DNA of 33,904 bases from Caldilineae bacterium (GTDB lineage: Bacteria; Chloroflexota; Anaerolineae; J102), in the NCBI GenBank assembly GCA_003694905.1, contig RFJM01000149.1, positions 1 through 33,904 on the forward strand, written 5' to 3'. The translations under genes were made by a program, and so were the position numbers. The notes under the pieces were generated by a model. It was not told where the DNA came from, ran no database searches, and was given only the letters and a program-made list of their open reading frames with translations. Of the stretch, positions 25,224-32,761 are shown one piece after another (position 1 is the stretch's first letter; the number at the start of each line of letters is the position of its first letter).

Positions 25224-27557
25224 ATGCGTACACGCTTAAAGATTCCCGTCCTTCTGACCATTTTGGTCCTGGTATTGCTCTCGTTGGGGACGGCTGTGCC
25301 CGGTGCTGCCCCGGCGGCCAAAGCCCAGACCGTACCCGACGACGAAATCGCTTATGTGGATTCTGCGTCCCGCATACAGATCATCGATCCCTACACCGCA
25401 CCCGGGCAGACCTCCTTCACCTGGACCTCGCCCACAGGTGGTTGGACCGACCTGGCCGTGTCCGACGTCAACGCCGACGGTGTCGATGAGATCGTAGCCA
25501 TCGGCGGCAACAAGGTCCAGCTCCTGGCCCCCTACACCCCGCCCGGCACCACCCCACCCTCCTTCTCTCAAACCATTGCCGGCGGCTTCCAGTACACCCT
25601 TGTTTCGACCGGCGACTTTGTACCGGGTGATGGTGGCCGCGACGAGATCCTGGTTCAGCGCACCGACTTCTTGTCGGACAACGGTTACAGCATCCAGATC
25701 TACGATGGTGATGCCAGCGGCACCAACTGGACCACCGTCTACAACGCCTTCTTCGGCATCGAGTGGCTGCGCCTGGAAGGTGGTGACATCGACGGCCTGG
25801 AAGGGGATGAGCTGGTCATGATGCGCAACGGCCCCGCCAACAACCGTGACAAGCGCATCAAGATCTTGAAGTATAACCCCGCCGATCCCAGCAATCGCTG
25901 GGTGACCATCTTCGAGAATACATACAACTTCCCCTGGGTCGATCTGGAACTGGGCAACACCCACACCAACAACGGCGCTCTGGATGAGATCGTCACTACC
26001 CGGTCGGGCGTGCTGGGACAGCTTGCCTCCTATCTCGTATTCCAGTATTCGGCCAACCAGCTCCACGACGCGCCCAATGGGCAGGGCAAGTACTTCCCCT
26101 ACTGGCAGGACATCGCCACCGGTGACGTGAACAACAGCGGCGATGACGAGGTCTTCCTGATTCGCGATCCCCAGCAGGATGGCGGCATCTCCATGATCGG
26201 CCTTAACTACGGCGCCGACTCCTTCCCCGCAGCCTGGTCCAGCCCCGGCATTCAGTTAGGGAGGACCTTGCAGGTGGTGGAGATGGGTGATGTCGACGGC
26301 GACCAGAAAGCCGAGGTGGTCGTCGCCCGGCCCGGCAGCTATCGCATCTACACCCAGCCGGAATTGAACACCGGCCATGGCGGCGATCAGTCGGCATCCT
26401 TCCGCTCTCCCATTGCTCTGAAGTTGGGGAACTTCGACGGTTCCGGTATCACTTCTGAGCCTCAGCGCCTGGCCGTGAGCACCACCTCGATGCAGTTCAC
26501 CATGACGCGCGGCGGCCCCAATCCTCCCTCCCAGACCTTCCAGGTGACCAACGCCGGCGGCGGTGGACCCATTGCCTATGCCGTCACCCGCGTGATCGAC
26601 GGCGACTGGCTGCAAGTGACCCCCTTCAACGGCGCTACCCCGCAGACCCACACGGTGAGCATCAACGGTGCAGGCCTCAATCCCGGTATCTACGACGGGG
26701 TGATCCTGGTCACGGCCGAAGATCCCGCGGTAGAGGACAGCCCGCAGCAGATCCAGGTGCGGCTCATTGTGGAGGCCACCGGCCCCATCCTCAGTGTATC
26801 GCCCACCAGCATCAGCTTCACCATGAATTTCGGCGGCCTGGTCCCCGATCCCGTGCAGCTCTCCATCCGCAACGTCGGGGATGGGGGTGCCCAGAACTAC
26901 ACGCTGAACGTGACCACCAGCGACGGCGGCAGCTGGCTTAAGACCAGCAAGACCAGCGGTCAGACCGATGACACCGTGGCCGTCTCGGTCGATCCTAACA
27001 ACCTGCGCTCCGGCTCCTACAGTGGCACCATCCAGGTGAATGCCGGCAATATCGAGGGCAGTCCCTTTAGTGTCCCGGTATTCCTGACCATTATCCCCAC
27101 CGGGATGGAGGTCACCCCCTCCTCCATGATGATGCAGGCTCACATCGGTCTGCCCTCGCCCCGCAGCAACATCGAAATCAACCAGTCGGCTGCCGGCAGC
27201 GGTGCCATTCACTGGTACGCCTATGCCGTACCCGCCGGAGACTGGCAGGCCGCCATGGCGGCTCTGGCGGAAGGTGATGTGAAGGTCCTTCAGGATGAAA
27301 GCGGATACACGTTCGTCTCGCCGGACGGCCTCGAACGCCAGGTCAGCTACCTGCCCTGGGTCTACCTTACCCCCGACAATGGCATCACCCCCAGCGTCAC
27401 CCAGGTCTCCTTCGACATGGACACGATTCCCGTGGGCGAACACCGCGTGACCATCATCATCGACGGTGGCCCCGGTACACCCAACCGCTTCCAGGGCGTT
27501 GACTTGCGCGTGCTCGTCAACGACGGCGGTGTCTGGCTTCCCCAGATCTTCCGCTGA
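25224..27557 (+). CDS. Secreted protein: FG-GAP/VCBS-like beta-propeller followed by tandem BACON/Ig-like domains
   Basis: Signal peptide MRTRLKIPVLLTILVLVLLSLGTAVPGAAPAAKAQ (alternative in-frame starts at 25197 and 25203). At least six D-x-(N/D)-x-D-G-x-(D/E)-E-(I/V) type repeats (DVNADGVDEIV, GDGGRDEILV, GDIDGLEGDELV, NNGALDEIV, GDVNNSGDDEVF, GDVDGDQKAEVV). These are followed by two clear homologous modules of about 95 aa (LAVSTTSMQFTMTRGG...GIYDGVILVTA and LSVSPTSISFTMNFGG...GSYSGTIQVNA) and a third, more diverged module. Confidence 0.8.
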   Translation: MRTRLKIPVLLTILVLVLLSLGTAVPGAAPAAKAQTVPDDEIAYVDSASRIQIIDPYTAPGQTSFTWTSPTGGWTDLAVSDVNADGVDEIVAIGGNKVQLLAPYTPPGTTPPSFSQTIAGGFQYTLVSTGDFVPGDGGRDEILVQRTDFLSDNGYSIQIYDGDASGTNWTTVYNAFFGIEWLRLEGGDIDGLEGDELVMMRNGPANNRDKRIKILKYNPADPSNRWVTIFENTYNFPWVDLELGNTHTNNGALDEIVTTRSGVLGQLASYLVFQYSANQLHDAPNGQGKYFPYWQDIATGDVNNSGDDEVFLIRDPQQDGGISMIGLNYGADSFPAAWSSPGIQLGRTLQVVEMGDVDGDQKAEVVVARPGSYRIYTQPELNTGHGGDQSASFRSPIALKLGNFDGSGITSEPQRLAVSTTSMQFTMTRGGPNPPSQTFQVTNAGGGGPIAYAVTRVIDGDWLQVTPFNGATPQTHTVSINGAGLNPGIYDGVILVTAEDPAVEDSPQQIQVRLIVEATGPILSVSPTSISFTMNFGGLVPDPVQLSIRNVGDGGAQNYTLNVTTSDGGSWLKTSKTSGQTDDTVAVSVDPNNLRSGSYSGTIQVNAGNIEGSPFSVPVFLTIIPTGMEVTPSSMMMQAHIGLPSPRSNIEINQSAAGSGAIHWYAYAVPAGDWQAAMAALAEGDVKVLQDESGYTFVSPDGLERQVSYLPWVYLTPDNGITPSVTQVSFDMDTIPVGEHRVTIIIDGGPGTPNRFQGVDLRVLVNDGGVWLPQIFR

Positions 27558-27581
27558 TCCCGCTCTCAAACCTCAACGCAG

Positions 27582-27611
27582 ACCCCGGCTTCGTGCCGGG
27601 GTTTGTTTTTT
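27582..27611 (+). terminator. Rho-independent terminator
   Basis: ACCCCGGC (27582-27589), loop TTCGT, GCCGGGGT (27595-27602), then TTGTTTTTT. Confidence 0.75.
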
Positions 27612-27696
27612 CTCCTGCTTCGGAATGGGCACTCATACATGTTGGCGGCAGGAAAGCCCGGCAGCACCGCAAGGCGAGGCCATCGGAATTGACATG

Positions 27697-28461
27697 TTAG
27701 CGAAACATGTCCAACTCGCGCGGACGCAGCAGATCGGCCAGACGCCCCTCCCCCGCGCGATAGGGCGCGCCCCGCACATGGATGACCGGTGCGCCCTCGT
27801 CGGCACCACCTTGCAACAGCGAAGCCGCTGCCGCCAGCTCGTCGGCCGTTCCCAGTACCGTGACTTCCAGCGTGCGGCCGAAGAGATCACCCTCGCCTCT
27901 GCGGTCGCTTAGGGGCAGCAGACCGGCCACACCAATGGCTACCCCCACCGTCCCCAACCGCCAGGCACGCCCGTGGCTGTCGTTAATCACCACGGCGATA
28001 TCGGCGCCGGTCGCCTTGCGCCAGCGTTCGCGCAGTGCCCTTGCCGTGCCGTCGGGATCTCGCGGCAGCAACAGCACCAGTTCGCGGTCCGCGGCCGTGT
28101 TGGAATGATCGATCCCTGCATTGGCGCACACAAACCCCAGTCGATGCTCCACCACGATCAGTCCCGTGCGGATGCGCAGTACCTCCCGCGACTCTTCCAA
28201 GATGAGTTGTACCAGCCGCGGGTCCTTGGCACAGGCGCGTGCGACCTCGCGGGCAGCAGGCGATACCCGCACCTGTCGCAGGTCACGGTAGCGTCCTTCA
28301 GCCTTGGAGACGATCTTCGACGCCAGAACCAGCACATCGCCGTCTTGCAGATGGATGTGGCAGCGGGCAAGAGCTTCCAGCACCAGCGCGGCCAGATCGT
28401 CTCCCGGCTGCACGAGGGGGAAATCGGGTAGGGCGGTCAGGATGAGTTGGGGGGAGAACAT
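27697..28461 (-). CDS. cofE: Coenzyme F420-0:L-glutamate ligase (CofE / FbiB N-terminal domain type)
   Basis: The start was set at the ATG at 28461-28459 (MFSPQLILTALPDFPLVQPGDDLAALVLEAL). Motifs are DGDVLVLASKIVSKAEGR, GFVCANAGIDHSN, VVINDSHGRAWRLGTVGVAIGVAG and ADELAAAASLL. The 486-aa track ORF extends upstream through the divergent promoter region, which is implausible. Confidence 0.88.
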   Translation of the reverse strand: MFSPQLILTALPDFPLVQPGDDLAALVLEALARCHIHLQDGDVLVLASKIVSKAEGRYRDLRQVRVSPAAREVARACAKDPRLVQLILEESREVLRIRTGLIVVEHRLGFVCANAGIDHSNTAADRELVLLLPRDPDGTARALRERWRKATGADIAVVINDSHGRAWRLGTVGVAIGVAGLLPLSDRRGEGDLFGRTLEVTVLGTADELAAAASLLQGGADEGAPVIHVRGAPYRAGEGRLADLLRPRELDMFR

Positions 28462-28639
28462 GATAGGAGAGACCGGCGGAATAGGATGGCCGCGAGTATA
28501 GCACGATGTCGCGTCTGCTCGCGAACGCCGGAGCACGGCAACCACATGTGATCCGGCATCCCGGCACTTCAGCCTGCCGGGCATGGCAGCGTTGCCCGGA
28601 AACTGTTGGCACGCATGCGCCCCGCCGGATCCCACGGGC

Positions 28640-28668
28640 TTGGAGGCACGCGCGGCCGATCGTATAAT
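28640..28668 (+). promoter_or_regulatory. Candidate promoter of the LarA-like/tag/ycxB-like/methyltransferase operon
   Basis: TTGGAG (28640-28645), a 17-nt spacer, then TATAAT (28663-28668), 37 nt upstream of the ATG at 28705. Confidence 0.4.
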
Positions 28669-28704
28669 GAACCCGGGCCCCTTCATCCCATCTGTCTTCG
28701 TGCC

Positions 28705-30240
28705 ATGACCATCACCGTCACCGTTCATCTGCACAACGCCTTGCGCCGCCGCACTCCGGCCGGCTGGCAGAACCGACTTTCGTTGACTCTGCCGGCCCAC
28801 GCGGCCGTGCGCGAGTTGATCGAACGATTGCAGCTCGACTTTCCGCGCGAAGCCCTGCTGGTGGTCGTCGACAGGCGAGCCGTATCCGAAGATCACCTCT
28901 TGCAAGACGGGGATGTAGTGCATCTCCTCCCCGCCCTGTCCGGGGGGAGCGCGCGGCATTCCTATACCATTCCTTACGGTCGCGGCGAGCTCTCTTTCAG
29001 CCTGCCTGTGCCGGCCGAGATCCTGTCTCCTCGCCGCACACCGGCAGCCCGCGATCCCCTCTCCGTTGTGCGCGCAGCCTTGGCGGACCCCGTAGGCGAT
29101 GTGAGTCTGGCGGACTTCGTTCACGCACGACGGGTGGCAATTGCCGTCAGCGATCAAACCAGGCCCGTTCCCTACCGGTACCTGCTACCTCCCCTTTTCG
29201 CTACCCTGGCGGCTCTGGGCATCGCCGATGAGCGCATCATGCTCATCATCGCCAACGGCGCTCATCCTCCCATGCCGCCGGCACGTTTTCGTGCTCAGGT
29301 GCATCTGAGCGAGAACATCGCAGTAGTCAGCCACGACTGCGACGACACGGTCAACCTGGTCTATTGCGGCGAGACCGCGGCCGGCACACCGGTGTGGGTC
29401 AACCGCCACTTCCACGAGGCAGACCTGCGCATCGTCGTAGGCAACATAGAGCCACACCAGTTTCAGGGCTATTCGGGCGGCGCCAAAGGCGCGGCCATCG
29501 GCCTGGCCGGCCGCGAAACCATCGATGCCAACCACAGCCTGATGACCCATCCTGATGCACAATTGGGGCGCTATGATGATAACCCCGCCCGCCAGGATGT
29601 CGAGGCCATCGGCCGTGCTATGGGCATCCACTTCGCACTCAACGCCATTCTAAATCAAGACAAACAACTGGTGAGCGCCCTGGCCGGTGAACCAATTGCT
29701 GTCATGCGTGCCGGCATACCACAGGTTGGCGCCGCCTGCCAGGTTCGTGTCGAGCATCCCTTTGATCTGGTCGTCGCCTCACCGGGCGGCCATCCCAAAG
29801 ACATCAACCTCTATCAGGCTCAAAAAGCGCTGGCCCACGCTGCGCTGGTGACTCGGGACGGCGGCTTTGTCATTCTGGTAGCAGCCTGTCCGCAGGGTAC
29901 GGGCAGTCCCGAGTTCGAAACGTGGGTTCGGCAACGCCATTCGTTGCAGGATGTTTTGTCCACCTTTGCGGCCGAAGGATTCCGCGTGGGGCCCCACAAG
30001 GCCGTACAATTGGCCCGCGACGCCCGTCGCGTACAGGTGCGCCTCGTCTCGGAAATGGAGCCGGCTCAGGTACGCAGCCTGTTGCTGACCCCCGCGCCCG
30101 ATCTGGACTCGGCCCTGCGCGAGGCCCTGACCGCGCTCCCTTCCCGTCCACGTATCGCCATCATGCCCCAGGCAAGTGCCACCGCCCCCATCCTGGACGC
30201 CGCCCGGCCGGCCTCCCTTTCCCATCCTTTGAGCGCATGA
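28705..30240 (+). CDS. Fusion protein: N-terminal ThiS/MoaD-like beta-grasp domain (ends SGG) plus a LarA-family (DUF2088, nickel-pincer-nucleotide dependent 2-hydroxyacid racemase/epimerase-like) domain
   Basis: The start was set at the ATG at 28705. Residues 1-81 (MTITVTVHLHNALRRRTPAGWQNRLSLTLPAHAAVRELIERLQLDFPREALLVVVDRRAVSEDHLLQDGDVVHLLPALSGG) look like a sulfur-carrier protein. The remainder carries the LarA motifs SDQTRPVP, ANGAHPP, IEPHQFQGYSGGAKG, DANHS and GGHPKDINLYQAQKA. Confidence 0.85.
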   Translation: MTITVTVHLHNALRRRTPAGWQNRLSLTLPAHAAVRELIERLQLDFPREALLVVVDRRAVSEDHLLQDGDVVHLLPALSGGSARHSYTIPYGRGELSFSLPVPAEILSPRRTPAARDPLSVVRAALADPVGDVSLADFVHARRVAIAVSDQTRPVPYRYLLPPLFATLAALGIADERIMLIIANGAHPPMPPARFRAQVHLSENIAVVSHDCDDTVNLVYCGETAAGTPVWVNRHFHEADLRIVVGNIEPHQFQGYSGGAKGAAIGLAGRETIDANHSLMTHPDAQLGRYDDNPARQDVEAIGRAMGIHFALNAILNQDKQLVSALAGEPIAVMRAGIPQVGAACQVRVEHPFDLVVASPGGHPKDINLYQAQKALAHAALVTRDGGFVILVAACPQGTGSPEFETWVRQRHSLQDVLSTFAAEGFRVGPHKAVQLARDARRVQVRLVSEMEPAQVRSLLLTPAPDLDSALREALTALPSRPRIAIMPQASATAPILDAARPASLSHPLSA

Positions 30241-30815
30241 CCCTACAACGCTGTCCCTGGGCAGGTTCAGATCCCCTCTACATCGCCTACCACGACGAAG
30301 AGTGGGGTGTCCCACTCCACGATGACCGCAAGCTCTTCGAATTCCTCGTCCTGGAAGGGGCTCAGGCCGGTCTGAGCTGGCTGACCATCTTACGCAAGCG
30401 CGAGCACTATCGCAAGGTTTTCGCCGGGTTCCAGCCGGACGCTGTGGCCGCGTTCGACGAGGCGATGATCGCTCAACTCCTGGCCGATCCGGGCATCATT
30501 CGCAACCGGCTCAAGGTCCAGGCCGCAGTGCAGAACGCCCGCGCCTTTCTGAAGATCCAAAGTCAGTACGGCAGTTTCGACGCCTACATCTGGCAGTTCG
30601 TCGACGGCAAGGTCATCCAGAATGCCTGGACTTCCCTCGAACAAATTCCGACAGAAACGCCCATCTCGCGGGCGATGAGCCGCGACCTGAAACAACGCGG
30701 CTTCAAATTCGTCGGGCCTACGATCTGCTATGCCTTCATGCAGGCCGTAGGCATGGTAAACGACCACCTCGTCTCCTGTTTTCGCCATTCCGTTCTAGCG
30801 ACTATGCCGCCATGA
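30237..30815 (+). CDS. tag: DNA-3-methyladenine glycosylase I
   Basis: The start ATG at 30237 overlaps the upstream stop (ATGA). RCPWAGSDPLYIAYHDEEWGVPLHDDRKLFEFLVLEGAQAGLSWLTILRKRE and the C-terminal NDHLVSCF are the canonical Tag signature, including the Cys/His zinc ligands. Confidence 0.92.
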   Translation: MTLQRCPWAGSDPLYIAYHDEEWGVPLHDDRKLFEFLVLEGAQAGLSWLTILRKREHYRKVFAGFQPDAVAAFDEAMIAQLLADPGIIRNRLKVQAAVQNARAFLKIQSQYGSFDAYIWQFVDGKVIQNAWTSLEQIPTETPISRAMSRDLKQRGFKFVGPTICYAFMQAVGMVNDHLVSCFRHSVLATMPP

Positions 30816-31405
30816 CCCGTATCGAGTTTGCCGGCCACTACGACGAGGCCATCTTCCTGACGGCCTTACGCTGCCACTACCGTCCTTTACGCCGTGCTAC
30901 CTGGGTGTTGTTGGGGATGGTGGCACTGCTCGACGCGGCCGCCTGTCTTGCGGCAGAGAGCTTCGCCGATGCACTTTCCTGGCTGGTGCCATCGCTGATC
31001 GTCGTGGCGGCACTGATCTACTTCCTTTATCTCCCGCGCCGGCAGGCACGCATCATGGCCCGATCGCCTCTGGCCCGCAGCCGTATCAGCGGCGATGCCG
31101 ACGGCCACCGCCTGTCCATGACAGGCGAGACCCTGCAAGCCCAGATATCCTGGCATGACTTCCGCGCCTACACGCTTGCCGCGGATCTCGTCTTGCTCTA
31201 TCACGGCAAGAATGCGTTCAACATCATCCCTCGTCGCTGGTTTGGCGACGAAAGAGCCTGGGATGAGTTTCTGAGTTTGATGCAAACGGGCATCGCCGCA
31301 GACAAAGAGAGCGTCCCCTTTCGACTGACGTGGTGGCAGTGGTTGCTGTTGCTGGTGGCGGTATTGCTTCTGCTGGCTCTCTTTCTCCCCCCGCTCCTTT
31401 CCTGA
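30812..31405 (+). CDS. YcxB-like membrane protein
   Basis: The start overlaps the tag stop (ATGA). Two central TM helices are followed by ISWHDFRAYTLAADLVLLYHGKNAFNIIPRRWF, which resembles the YcxB-like C-terminal domain. An extra C-terminal TM follows (WWQWLLLLVAVLLLLALFL). Confidence 0.6.
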   Translation: MTRIEFAGHYDEAIFLTALRCHYRPLRRATWVLLGMVALLDAAACLAAESFADALSWLVPSLIVVAALIYFLYLPRRQARIMARSPLARSRISGDADGHRLSMTGETLQAQISWHDFRAYTLAADLVLLYHGKNAFNIIPRRWFGDERAWDEFLSLMQTGIAADKESVPFRLTWWQWLLLLVAVLLLLALFLPPLLS

Positions 31406-31414
31406 AACGCAAGC

Positions 31415-32305
31415 ATGACCAAGAAGTCCAGGCGTCGTACCCATACCTCTGCCTTCGGCTCTCGGGGGCGCATCAGCCATGATGCCAGCCGCTTCTACAA
31501 CAGTCGTCTGTACGACCACCATCCGGAGATCGATGAAGACGGGCCCTACCGGGAAAACAGGATCCCTGCTGCAGTGTTGGACACCGTCATCCGGGGGGAC
31601 AGTCGGCACATGCGCGAACTTCCCGACTGCTCCGTGCATCTGATGGTGACTTCGCCGCCTTACAATGCCCGCAAGAGCTATGACGAAGATCTGACCCTGG
31701 AGGAGTATCTGGATTTGCTGCGCGCGGTTTTCCGCGAGACTTATCGGGTGCTGACGCCGGGAGGCAGGGCCTGTGTCAACGTGGCCAATCTGGGCCGTAA
31801 GCCCTACATTCCCTTGAGCGCTTTCGTCACGCAGATCATGTTGGAAGAAGGGTTTCTGATGCGCGGGGAGATCATCTGGGACAAAGGGTCGAGCGCGGGC
31901 TCATCGACTGCCTGGGGGAGCTGGTGTTCGGCTACCAATCCCACCATCCGCGACGTCCACGAGTACATCCTTCTCTTTTCAAAACAGCGCTTTCGCTTGC
32001 AACGCCGGGACAGGGAAAGTACCATCAGCCGTGATGACTTCCTGGAAGCCACCAAGAGCATCTGGCGCTTCCCAACGGAGTCGGCGCGGCGGGTAGGGCA
32101 TCCTGCCCCGTTCCCGGTGGAACTACCCAGACGGCTTATCGAGCTGTACACCTTTGCCGGGGATGTGGTGCTGGACCCCTTCATGGGTAGCGGTTCCACG
32201 GCCCTGGCGGCCCTGCAAACGGGCCGGCACTTCGTGGGCTACGAGATCGACGAGACATATGTGGCGCTGGCTCGTGCACGCATCGCTGCAGCCACGACGA
32301 CCTGA
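31415..32305 (+). CDS. DNA methyltransferase, N4/N6 family (beta-class order; SPPY motif suggests N4-cytosine specificity)
   Basis: Motif IV LMVTSPPY (SPPY codons at 31652-31663) precedes HPAPFPVELPRRLI and motif I VVLDPFMGSGSTALAA. This is typical of the PF01555-type N6_N4 MTase family. No restriction endonuclease candidate lies nearby. Confidence 0.9.
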   Translation: MTKKSRRRTHTSAFGSRGRISHDASRFYNSRLYDHHPEIDEDGPYRENRIPAAVLDTVIRGDSRHMRELPDCSVHLMVTSPPYNARKSYDEDLTLEEYLDLLRAVFRETYRVLTPGGRACVNVANLGRKPYIPLSAFVTQIMLEEGFLMRGEIIWDKGSSAGSSTAWGSWCSATNPTIRDVHEYILLFSKQRFRLQRRDRESTISRDDFLEATKSIWRFPTESARRVGHPAPFPVELPRRLIELYTFAGDVVLDPFMGSGSTALAALQTGRHFVGYEIDETYVALARARIAAATTT

Positions 32306-32587
32306 TCGGATGGCCTGGCATATTCCCTCGCGGGTTAAGACGATCGCTAAGTACACGTCCGGAAACAAGCCCCCCCTTTTGCCAGTCATTGGCTTATTTC
32401 GGGCCGGCCTCCAATAGCCGTCGACGAAAAGTCAGCCGGCCGCAGGCCCGCGGCCAGAGGTCGGCCTCTGACTCACAGGACCCACAGAGTCCGAGCTTGC
32501 TCGGATGACGCCACAACCAAGGAGGGAAGTGATCTTTAGGCGCCTACTCAGCCTAGCCCTCACCCCCATCACGAGACTACGACAAAC

Positions 32588-32750
32588 CGGTTAGCAGGCC
32601 GTGCTGCTACCGCCTGACTGCGGCGAGCTCTGTCTGAGAAGCTAAAACCTCGGCCGCCTGTCTCGCCGGCCGACGTCGCAGATGCGGGGACGCCCCCGCC
32701 CCTCACCGGCCCGGCGTACCGGCTGCCCCCGTTTTGAAACGCACCCCCTG
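32588..32750 (+). repeat. Copy C (long) of the GC-rich structured intergenic repeat family
   Basis: It aligns with copy B over about 160 nt: GCCGTGCTGCTACCGCCTGACTGCGGCGAG / GAGAAGCTAAAACCTCGGCCGCC...GCAGATGCGGGGA...CCGGCGTACCGGCTGCCCCCGTTTTGAAACGCACCCCC. Its last 46 nt or so align with the reverse complement of copy A. It contains the hairpin GCGGGGacgcCCCCGC. Confidence 0.65.
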
Positions 32751-32761
32751 ACACACGACGG

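Noticed and set aside
26256-27569. 437-aa minus-strand ORF
   Set aside because: It is antisense to the FG-GAP/BACON-like protein gene, which has a signal peptide and internally repeated domains. The antisense product is Gly/Asp/His-rich low complexity.
27691-27711. Perfect 8-bp hairpin GACATGTTagcgaAACATGTC at the 3-prime end of cofE
   Set aside because: It overlaps the last codons and the stop codon of cofE and lacks a T-tract on the minus strand. It is probably coincidental, or at most a weak 3-prime stabiliser.
28606-28704. Upstream extension of the LarA-fusion ORF (MARMRPAGSHGLGG...)
   Set aside because: The track start at 28606 is a non-ATG codon and lies upstream of the TATAAT box at 28663-28668. 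The beta-grasp domain begins cleanly at the ATG at 28705.
28462-29157. N-terminal 232-aa extension of the cofE ORF (track ORF 27697-29157)
   Set aside because: CofE homology begins at the Met encoded at 28461. The extension would run through the divergent promoter region and overlap the LarA-like gene on the other strand.
29922-30236. Upstream extension of the tag ORF (track ORF 29922-30815)
   Set aside because: It overlaps the LarA-like coding frame. The Tag signature starts at the ATG at 30237, which forms an ATGA overlap with the upstream stop.
31415-32305. Classical type II restriction-modification system
   Set aside because: No endonuclease-like ORF is adjacent on either strand. The neighbours are tag, a YcxB-like protein and non-coding repeat DNA. 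The enzyme is therefore treated as an orphan methyltransferase.
32529-32594. 21-codon ORF (GTG start) 2 nt after an AAGGAGGG Shine-Dalgarno-like sequence
   Set aside because: It is very short with no supporting features, the Shine-Dalgarno-to-start spacing is too tight, and it lies in structured, repeat-adjacent non-coding DNA. There is no way to support it from the sequence alone.
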